64,000 bases of DNA. It comes from a virus. Lineage: Duplodnaviria; Heunggongvirae; Uroviricota; Caudoviricetes. The DNA is taken from IMG/VR virus record IMGVR_UViG_3300035208_002606; one strand, given 5' to 3'. Shown here in pieces: positions 26,470 to 33,361 of this stretch. Under the pieces are notes generated by a model. The model was not told where the DNA came from. It did no database searches and was given only the letters and a program-made list of their open reading frames with translations. Position 1 is the stretch's first letter. Each line of letters begins with the position of its first letter. The position numbers and the translations under genes were made by a program.

Positions 26470-27049
26470 TATGAAGTTCAAAATCATGGAATACAACAAA
26501 GACATTTACAATCAGCGTCCCGACACTTCGGGAAAGTTCAACAGGGGTGCTTATCGTGAGCCTACATTCAACAGGGAGAAGGATTACAAAGAATCGAAAG
26601 CATCTGAATTGGAAGTGCGTGAGTATTTTATTTCCAAGGGGTTCGAGTTCGTGAAGGAAGGCGGCATCATGTACGATGCCATGTTCAAGTGTACGAAGGA
26701 GCCTTTTAATCTTGAAGGTTGGGAAGTCAAGAAATATTGGACTGCCGAAGTCAAGGAAAGTTTCAAATCGCAACTCACGGGAAATGTCCCGATAGAATAT
26801 CAACAGCACGGGCATCCGACAGGAGTGGCGCAGACACAGGCAGATTTTTGGGTTGAAAAAATTCACGAGCCTAGCGGAAAAATATCGTTCGTGATAATGT
26901 GGACGAAAGACCTGAGAAAAATGATAGCAGAGAAAAAATATTTCAGGACTGCCTCAGGCGGCGACCCCGGAAGCGAAAGTTTGGTCTATCTTTTTAAAGT
27001 AGATGTGTTCAAACAACACGGAAAAATCCTAGACATTAAGACTTATTAG
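26470..27049 (+). CDS. hypothetical protein (MKFKIME start)
   Basis: ORF; first in-frame ATG at 26399 overlaps the tRNA, so start placed at MKFK ATG. Confidence 0.45.
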
Positions 27050-27143
27050 GGAAGATGGCAGAGCGGTTTAATGCATCTGCCTTGAAAGCAGACAAGGGTG
27101 CTAATACCATCCTTCAGGGGTTCGAATCCCTTTCTTCCCGCCA
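27049..27143 (+). tRNA. tRNA-Ser(TGA), class II, CCA encoded
   Basis: Acceptor gggaaga/tcttccc+G, AC arm tctgc-cttgaaa-gcaga. Confidence 0.65.
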
Positions 27144-27146
27144 TAT

Positions 27147-27231
27147 GAAAAGATGGCAGAGTGGACGATTGCATCCGCTTGGAAAGCGGAAGGGCATAAC
27201 AGCCTCAGAGGTTCGAATCCTCTTCTTTTCG
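27147..27231 (+). tRNA. tRNA-Ser(GGA), class II
   Basis: Acceptor gaaaaga/tcttttc+G, AC arm tccgc-ttggaaa-gcgga, T-arm agagg-ttcgaat-cctct. Confidence 0.65.
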
Positions 27232-27237
27232 TTTTAC

Positions 27238-27325
27238 GGTGAGTTGGCAGAGCGGTTGAATGCGGCATCCTGCTAAGATGTTGGGTGTAACAGCCCCGCA
27301 AGTTCGAATCTTGCACTCGCCGCCA
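27238..27325 (+). tRNA. tRNA-Ser(GCT), class II, CCA encoded
   Basis: Acceptor ggtgagt/actcgcc+G, loop ctgctaa, T-arm gcaag-ttcgaat-cttgc. Confidence 0.65.
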
Positions 27326-27329
27326 TTAC

Positions 27330-27403
27330 GCCCGTGTAGCCTAAGGGATGAGGCAACTGACTTCTAATCAGTTCTTATGGGAGTTCGAGTCTCTCCACGG
27401 GTG
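27330..27403 (+). tRNA. tRNA-Arg(TCT)
   Basis: Acceptor gcccgtg/cacgggt, D-arm gcct-aagggatg-aggc, AC arm actga-cttctaa-tcagt. Confidence 0.6.
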
Positions 27404-27411
27404 CTTGTATA

Positions 27412-27481
27412 GGGCCGTAACCCAATGGTTAGGGTCGTGGGCTTTGAACCCATTTATCTTCGTTCGAGTCGAAGCGGCCCT
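27412..27481 (+). tRNA. tRNA-Gln(TTG)
   Basis: Acceptor gggccgt/gcggccc, loop ctttgaa, T-arm cttcg-ttcgagt-cgaag. Confidence 0.55.
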
Positions 27482-27491
27482 GCATTATTTT

Positions 27492-27664
27492 ATCGACAGC
27501 GGCGTGGAAGGACACGCGAACCGAATCATGGGGGCAACGGACACCTGGCATGCCCCGATATCGCCCAGGATGTTTACTCCTAAATCGGGTAGGGCGAAGC
27601 ATAACACGCGGCGTTGCGGGACGCCGACCCATGATGTAGCCGGTATCAAGCCCGACCTGTCGAT
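27492..27664 (+). ncRNA. family-E element
   Basis: atcgacag/ctgtcgat; gcgtg-GAAGGA-cacgc; internal atcatgggg/ccccatgat helix; abuts tRNA-Arg(CCT). Confidence 0.4.
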
Positions 27665-27671
27665 TTTATTA

Positions 27672-27742
27672 AGCCCCTGTAGCGTAATGATAGCGCACAG
27701 GTTTCCTAAACCTACGGTCTAAGTTCGATTCTTAGCAGGGGT
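27672..27742 (+). tRNA. tRNA-Arg(CCT)
   Basis: Acceptor gcccctg/caggggt, loop ttcctaa, T-arm ctaag-ttcgatt-cttag; abuts 3' end of an E element. Confidence 0.45.
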
Positions 27743-27753
27743 ACGAATTATTT

Positions 27754-27826
27754 TAGCCGTTTGGTGAAATAGTTATCACATCTGCCTCTGAAGCAGATAT
27801 TCTTAGTGCGAATCTAGGAGCGGCTG
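27754..27826 (+). tRNA. tRNA-Gln(CTG), non-canonical T-loop tgcgaat
   Basis: Acceptor agccgtt/agcggct, D-arm gtga-aatagtta-tcac, AC arm tctgc-ctctgaa-gcaga. Confidence 0.5.
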
Positions 27827-27832
27827 TTTATA

Positions 27833-27906
27833 TTGGGTGGTAAGTCAATAGAAGACGCGTAGTATCGGAAACTACGAGTTGCGAGTGCAAGTCTCGCTCA
27901 CCCAAT
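27833..27906 (+). tRNA. tRNA-Pro(CGG), non-canonical T-loop tgcaagt
   Basis: Acceptor ttgggtg/cacccaa, AC arm gtagt-atcggaa-actac, T-arm gcgag-tgcaagt-ctcgc. Confidence 0.5.
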
Positions 27907-27989
27907 TTTTATGTTGACCGTAGCCAAGACAGCGAACGGCGATGCAGAACGCATCAGTTTAGGGGTGCAACCCCCTTCGGTCAACTCAT

Positions 27990-28061
27990 GGTGAGTGTAG
28001 TTCAACAGTAGAACGCCCGACTGTGAATCGGGGAATGCAAGGGCAGCACTTGTCACTCACC
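27990..28061 (+). tRNA. tRNA-His(GTG) with encoded G-1
   Basis: g|gtgagtg...cactcac|c (G-1:C73), D-arm gttc-aacagta-gaac, AC arm cccga-ctgtgaa-tcggg; unusual T-loop. Confidence 0.55.
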
Positions 28062-28067
28062 CCAAAT

Positions 28068-28150
28068 GCTGATATGGTGTAATTTGGTAGCCACGCTAGT
28101 CTTAGGAACTAGTCCTTAATTGGGTGTGGGTTCGAGTCCCTCTATCAGCA
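28068..28150 (+). tRNA. tRNA-Leu(TAG), class II
   Basis: Acceptor gctgata/tatcagc, AC arm ctagt-cttagga-actag. Confidence 0.6.
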
Positions 28151-28157
28151 CATTTAT

Positions 28158-28244
28158 GTCGATATGGCGCAAAGGGAGACGCAACGGTTTCAGAAACCGT
28201 CCGTTGGTCAACAGCGGCTATAGGTTCAAATCCTATTATCGGCA
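28158..28244 (+). tRNA. tRNA-Leu(CAG), class II
   Basis: Acceptor gtcgata/tatcggc, AC arm acggt-ttcagaa-accgt, T-arm atagg-ttcaaat-cctat. Confidence 0.65.
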
Positions 28245-28451
28245 CTTGTATTTTAATTTTTAAGGGAGGATATATGAAATGAAAATGAAAATCGAAACTC
28301 GTGGGACTCTTCCAAAGCGGAGTAGGAGACATTGGATTTTTACAATTTTTCCATCAATCTCATTATGTTATATTAAGCATGATAGTTTCAACATAGATAT
28401 GCGTTGGTTATTTTGGTCGTTAGAAATTCTTTTATTTTTTAAGGAGCAAGA

Positions 28452-29198
28452 ATGAAGAAAGATGACATCGGTAACAGAATGAAATCTGCATACGAGAACA
28501 GGACACGAATCTGTCTTCCCCGTAGGACAAACATCATCATCCGTATTGACGGCAAGGCGTTCCACTCTTATACCCGTGGAATGAAGAGGCCGTTTGATGA
28601 TGGGTTCATGGGAGACATGGATACAACTGCGGCCTACCTCTGCAAGAACATTCAGGGGGCTAAATTTGCGTTCGTGCAGTCAGACGAAATTTCAATCCTT
28701 CTGACCGACTACGACAAAATCACAACGGACGCATGGTTCGACAACAACGTGCAAAAGATGGCAAGTGTGTCAGCAAGTATGGCAACGAGAGCCTTCAATG
28801 AGGCAAGAATGAATAGAATTATTCGAACAGGAGAGGGGGAAATGAAGTGGGCAGAGTTCGACAGCAGGGTATTCCAAATTCCTGAGTGGCACGAAGTCGA
28901 GAACTACTTCATTTGGAGACAGCAGGACTGCGTTCGCAACAGTATTCAATCTGTTGCTCAATCCCTCTACTCTCACAAGCAACTCAACGGCAAAAATACG
29001 AACGAGATGCAGGAAATGATTTTCCAAAAGGGAATCAATTGGAACGATTACGACCCCAAGTACAAGAGGGGTCGAGCAATTGTGAAAGAGGAATACATTG
29101 GCGATTCGGCAGTTCCGCGCCATCGTTGGAAGTCTCAAGGTTGCCCTGTTCTTACGCAAGCAAGAGACTTCATTAAGTTTACAGCCGGGATGGTGTAA
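28452..29198 (+). CDS. Thg1-like protein (tRNA-His guanylyltransferase family; 3'-5' nucleotide addition / tRNA 5'-end repair)
   Basis: TNIIIRIDGKAFHSYTRGMKRPFDDGFMGDMDTTA...FAFVQSDEISILL matches the Thg1/TLP catalytic core; 3' end overlaps tRNA-Leu(TAA) by ~15 nt. Confidence 0.7.
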   Translation: MKKDDIGNRMKSAYENRTRICLPRRTNIIIRIDGKAFHSYTRGMKRPFDDGFMGDMDTTAAYLCKNIQGAKFAFVQSDEISILLTDYDKITTDAWFDNNVQKMASVSASMATRAFNEARMNRIIRTGEGEMKWAEFDSRVFQIPEWHEVENYFIWRQQDCVRNSIQSVAQSLYSHKQLNGKNTNEMQEMIFQKGINWNDYDPKYKRGRAIVKEEYIGDSAVPRHRWKSQGCPVLTQARDFIKFTAGMV

Positions 29199-29269
29199 TG
29201 GTAGCCACAGCAGACTTAAAATTTGCCGCTCGTATGGGCGTGTGGGTTCAAGTCCCTCTCCCGGCACCA
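29184..29269 (+). tRNA. tRNA-Leu(TAA), class II, CCA encoded
   Basis: Acceptor gccggga/tcccggc, loop cttaaaa; near-duplicate of tRNA-Leu(CAA) at 25717. Confidence 0.65.
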
Positions 29270-29270
29270 C

Positions 29271-29345
29271 GGGTCAGTCCGTTAATGGTTAAACGGTTGG
29301 TCTCCAAAACCAATCCTGGAGGTTCGAATCCTTCCTGACCCGCCA
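29271..29345 (+). tRNA. tRNA-Trp(CCA), CCA encoded
   Basis: Acceptor gggtcag/ctgaccc, D-arm ccgt-taatggttaa-acgg, AC arm ttggt-ctccaaa-accaa. Confidence 0.7.
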
Positions 29346-29393
29346 TTGTCTTATCAACCACAAAACCAAAATGTGAAGCAATCTGCTTCAAAG

Positions 29394-29404
29394 TGTGATA
29401 TAAT
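29394..29404 (+). promoter_or_regulatory. extended -10 promoter
   Basis: gtgtgatataat. Confidence 0.5.
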
Positions 29405-29439
29405 AAGTATGAAGGAAAATTTAATAAGGAGAAGAAAGA

Positions 29440-30024
29440 ATGAAAGAATTAAACAACGAAACAATTATAGTAACAAGTAAAAAATTAACAAGAGATATTC
29501 GTAGACTTATCAGAAATGCACAAAAACAACACGATGAAAATATAAAAGAATGGAAAACCTCTCCATTTTATAAATTAAAGGCAGGATTACCCATAAAAGT
29601 AATAGGTGAAACAATAGGAGAAGGAATATTCAAATTAATGCTTAACCAATTAAAGATTAAATATAAAAAGAATCCAAATAATGATTTAATTATATATGAA
29701 GGCAACAAAGAAGAGTCTACAGAAATTAAATTTAGCACTAGGGGTAAAAAAAATAAAAACGGAAACTTCTGCATTTTATATAATCAATGTAGACTAGAGG
29801 AAAATGTTGACACTTTTCATTTTATGAATGTTTTTCCAGAAAATTATATTGATATTTGGAAAATTTCTAAACAAGAATTCGAAAAATATTTAGAATCACA
29901 CCCCAAAGAAAAAATTATTCCAAAAAGTTCAAAAATAAAAAATGAAAAATTTATTCAATTTAAAAATTTTAATGATACATGGGATTCTTCTGTTTTTCAT
30001 CATAAATATCGGATTATACTTTAA
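29440..30024 (+). CDS. hypothetical protein
   Basis: 194 aa ORF downstream of extended -10 promoter (29399-29404); ATGA-coupled to radical SAM gene. Confidence 0.45.
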   Translation: MKELNNETIIVTSKKLTRDIRRLIRNAQKQHDENIKEWKTSPFYKLKAGLPIKVIGETIGEGIFKLMLNQLKIKYKKNPNNDLIIYEGNKEESTEIKFSTRGKKNKNGNFCILYNQCRLEENVDTFHFMNVFPENYIDIWKISKQEFEKYLESHPKEKIIPKSSKIKNEKFIQFKNFNDTWDSSVFHHKYRIIL

Positions 30025-31250
30025 TGCACCTTCTTCTAATTGAACCTGATATTGATGTAATTTTGAAGCAGAAGAGTTTATTCAAAACAGAAAAGAAAAA
30101 GATTAGAGAATCAAAAGTTATTAAATACATCGCCCCAAATTTGGCAATGCTCAAATGGGCAACTTGGGCAGAAAATAACGGACATACTTATCAATATGTA
30201 ATAGGGAAAAAACATATTTTCCAAAAAGAACCCGACCTTATTTTGATAAGTTGCATATTTTCTTTTTACTCGAAAGAATATACAGACATCATTAATTATT
30301 ACAGAGAGACCTTTAGAAATGCCAAATTTATAATTGGCGGGGCATTTCCAACCCTCAATCCCGAATGGTTTAAAGCCAAATTTCCTTATGCCGAAATTCA
30401 TCAGGGTATTCGTCCCGAAATAGAAGACTTAGTTCCAAATTATGCAGTCACCCCTTGGTCAAAAAAAATCATCGGCTACGCAAGCCGTGGGTGTGTCAAC
30501 GCTTGCAAATACTGTGCCGTTTCCAAATTGGAAGGCAAAATGCGCTCTTTCCCGACAATCAGACCGATGATAGAAAAGGGAATAAAAGAAATCGGCAATC
30601 CCACAGGCATTGTTCTTTACGACAATAATTTTACCGCCCACGAATACTTCGACAATATTTGTGACGAGTTGGAAGAGTTTGGATTGCCCGTCGATATTCA
30701 CGGATTGCACGTTTCCGCTTTCAACGAACACCACGCCGAAAGATTTGCAAGGTTGAAATGGGGCGCACAGCACGAAGCAGGAACGGCATACATGCGATTC
30801 TCGTTCGACTTCGTGGGATATCAACCCCACATTCACAGGGCGTTAAAATTGGTGGAGAAACACAAAATCAAGGCGGCATTTTTTTGTTATATGCTCTTCA
30901 ATTGGGTTGACAGTCCCGATGATTTTTGGAAGCGCATCGTACAGGCACAGGAAATGACGGACGATGTCAGCAGAACCATTTTCCTGTTCCCCCAACGCTT
31001 TGAACCTCTCGACTCCCTAGAACGCAACAAGTTCGTAGGAACCAAATGGGACAAGGAGTTAGTCGCAGGGGTTGTTAAACTTTACACTTTCATGCACGGG
31101 TTCCTGCCCGTCACGACCTCTCACAATATCTTTAATTGGATTGGATATACGAAGGAAGAGTTCTTCGACAACGCAAGGAAATTCGCAACGGATAAAACCT
31201 TTAAACTTGTCAAGAAAAATGGGGACCCACCGAAGACCTTTAAATTGTAA
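30024..31250 (+). CDS. B12-binding-domain radical SAM protein
   Basis: CVNACKYC (Cx3Cx2C) radical SAM cluster motif after an N-terminal B12-binding-like domain. Confidence 0.65.
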   Translation: MHLLLIEPDIDVILKQKSLFKTEKKKIRESKVIKYIAPNLAMLKWATWAENNGHTYQYVIGKKHIFQKEPDLILISCIFSFYSKEYTDIINYYRETFRNAKFIIGGAFPTLNPEWFKAKFPYAEIHQGIRPEIEDLVPNYAVTPWSKKIIGYASRGCVNACKYCAVSKLEGKMRSFPTIRPMIEKGIKEIGNPTGIVLYDNNFTAHEYFDNICDELEEFGLPVDIHGLHVSAFNEHHAERFARLKWGAQHEAGTAYMRFSFDFVGYQPHIHRALKLVEKHKIKAAFFCYMLFNWVDSPDDFWKRIVQAQEMTDDVSRTIFLFPQRFEPLDSLERNKFVGTKWDKELVAGVVKLYTFMHGFLPVTTSHNIFNWIGYTKEEFFDNARKFATDKTFKLVKKNGDPPKTFKL

Positions 31251-31498
31251 AATGGTCAGAAGATTGACAGAGGACGAACGAGAGTGGTTGAGAAAAAAGC
31301 AGAATTGTGGATGATTCTCCACCCCGAATATCAAGAAAGCCAATTGCGAGAACCCCCGCCGACTTGCGAAGAGTTGGGTTGTAAATATTACAAACATTGT
31401 TCAGGAGAACTTTTGGCAGAATTTACTCTTCCTTCTGTTGCTCCTGCGTGTTTCGGGTTTCTTTGGCCCAAAGATAAAGACATTAGATTGTAACAACT

Positions 31499-31509
31499 TG
31501 TGGTATAAT
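31499..31509 (+). promoter_or_regulatory. extended -10 promoter
   Basis: cttgtggtataat. Confidence 0.5.
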
Positions 31510-31537
31510 ATAAGCAAGAGCGAAGGAGGCTCAAAGA

Positions 31538-32491
31538 ATGATTGGAATTTGGTTATTGGGACTTACAGTAATCGGTCTTATTGTGGCAGTTATCGGTGGG
31601 ATAGTCTACAAGGTTAATTCCGACTCCGAAGGCGCAATGGGGACTATGGTAGTGGGAATTATTATGTTCCTGCTTTTCGGCATCCTCTTCGGATTGCGGT
31701 GCTTCACCGTTATCGATGCGGGAGAAACTGGCGTTCAGGTGATGTTCGGCAAGGTTCTTGATAAGACGCTGACGGAAGGCCTGAGTAGCAAGAACCCGTT
31801 CGCATCCGTGGATAAGTACAATATTCAGTTACGTGAAACCACGATGGATATCAAGGACGGAAATCATCTTCAGGCATTGACCGCCGACAAGTTAGCCGTC
31901 AAGATTGAAGCAACGATTTGGTGGAAGATTATCAAAGAAGATGTTAAAATGATTCGGCGGGAAATCTCTGATGATGCCGATGATATTGCCGACATGATTA
32001 CTTTCCCCTCTATACGTTCAGCAGTTAGGGACGCATCGGTTTATTACACCTTTGAGGAGATTACCTCTGTCAAGGGCCGTACTGAATTGACTGCCAAAAT
32101 TGACGAAATCCTGATTCGTCTGACCAAGGGTAAGGGAGTAGTCATCGACAATGTACTAATTCGTAATGTTGTTCCTGAAGATAAGCGAGTAACTCAGGCT
32201 ATCGGTAGAAAACTTGAACAGCAACAGCAACTTCAGGCAAAGGAATACGAATTGAGCAAGGCTCAAATGGATGCCAAGATTCGTATTCAGAACGCTGAAG
32301 GTATTGCTTCAGCACAGCACATTATTGACAAGACCCTCACGCCTGAATATCTTCAGTTCGAGGCCATTCAAATGATGAAGGAAGTGGCACACAGCCCCAA
32401 TTCCACCTTCGTCTTTGTCCCCACCCATCAGGGTGAAATAGGGATGCCGATGGTGTACAGTCTGAAGGATTTCCAAAAAACCAAAAAGTAA
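31538..32491 (+). CDS. SPFH/band-7 (stomatin/prohibitin-like) membrane protein
   Basis: N-terminal TM helix then FTVIDAGETGVQVMFGKV SPFH signature; promoter at 31504-31509; terminator after. Confidence 0.7.
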   Translation: MIGIWLLGLTVIGLIVAVIGGIVYKVNSDSEGAMGTMVVGIIMFLLFGILFGLRCFTVIDAGETGVQVMFGKVLDKTLTEGLSSKNPFASVDKYNIQLRETTMDIKDGNHLQALTADKLAVKIEATIWWKIIKEDVKMIRREISDDADDIADMITFPSIRSAVRDASVYYTFEEITSVKGRTELTAKIDEILIRLTKGKGVVIDNVLIRNVVPEDKRVTQAIGRKLEQQQQLQAKEYELSKAQMDAKIRIQNAEGIASAQHIIDKTLTPEYLQFEAIQMMKEVAHSPNSTFVFVPTHQGEIGMPMVYSLKDFQKTKK

Positions 32492-32492
32492 A

Positions 32493-32531
32493 AGGGGGTG
32501 ATTATCCATCACCAAGGGGTTCTTCGGAACC
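32493..32531 (+). terminator. rho-independent terminator (double hairpin)
   Basis: ggtgat-tatcc-atcacc then ggggttc-ttcg-gaacccc-ttttt. Confidence 0.6.
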
Positions 32532-32560
32532 CCCTTTTTATTTGACAAGTAAATAATGAT
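32532..32560 (+). promoter_or_regulatory. TTGACA-17-TATAAT promoter
   Basis: ttgacaagtaaataatgatgtggtataat. Confidence 0.55.
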
Positions 32561-32576
32561 GTGGTATAATTAAGGC

Positions 32577-32768
32577 ATGAAAAGAGTAATTAAATTTGTT
32601 TGGGGTTGGGCATTATTTGCGGAAGGGTTTATGTGGCAATATATCGTTAATAGTAATATTATTAAAAACAAAAAACTTCAAGAAAAAATGGGTTTTCGTT
32701 CTTTGTGTGTATCAATTGTAGCGGCTAATTTACTGACAGATGGTTGGGCGTTTCCTTGGGCTAGATAA
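32577..32768 (+). CDS. small hydrophobic protein
   Basis: 63 aa ORF after TTGACA-17-TATAAT promoter. Confidence 0.3.
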   Translation: MKRVIKFVWGWALFAEGFMWQYIVNSNIIKNKKLQEKMGFRSLCVSIVAANLLTDGWAFPWAR

Positions 32769-33342
32769 TCATTTCGGGCATATCGGGAACTTTTAAAACT
32801 TTTAAATCCGCTCCCTTTCTCAAAAGACCCACCATATTAATAAAATCATTAACCTCTTTCGAATGATTCATGACATATTGATTAAGTATTTTCGCTTTTT
32901 CCATAAAACTAAGTTCTTTAGTATCTATTTTTTTTAATGTGGTTAATATTTTTTTGAATCGTTCATCTTGTGCAACTGCCGGTCTACCATTCATGATATC
33001 TTTAAATTGAGTTAATGCCGCAGGAAAAGATGCCTGAATACTTTCCAAAAGAAATTCAATCTCTTCCCTTGTGCCGTACTTCTGAATATCTTCCCAAGCC
33101 CCGCTTCTTGTTTTTTTCATCCCCATATCACGCATCATTTGATTACGAATACGAGACTCTTTATTTTTTTTTCTTGACCGTCTCCTATCTCGACATTCAG
33201 GACAATTGGGAGATTCTTCCAAGTGATTTCGTACGGCTTCAGCCCATTCTTCATATTCTTCTGCGAAAGCCAACACTTTTTTTCCAGGATAAGAAACGCC
33301 TGTTACATCAGTAATATGTTTTTGCCATTCAAGTTTAGTCAT
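32761..33342 (-). CDS. hypothetical protein
   Basis: 193 aa ORF in minus-strand block next to terminase. Confidence 0.45.
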   Translation of the reverse strand: MTKLEWQKHITDVTGVSYPGKKVLAFAEEYEEWAEAVRNHLEESPNCPECRDRRRSRKKNKESRIRNQMMRDMGMKKTRSGAWEDIQKYGTREEIEFLLESIQASFPAALTQFKDIMNGRPAVAQDERFKKILTTLKKIDTKELSFMEKAKILNQYVMNHSKEVNDFINMVGLLRKGADLKVLKVPDMPEMII

Positions 33343-33361
33343 CTTCTGCTCCTATCCTTAT

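Noticed and set aside
31072-31493. Two small overlapping ORFs after the radical SAM gene
   Set aside because: No RBS; 31072-31314 overlaps the radical SAM gene's 3' end; probably non-coding spacer before the 31499 promoter.
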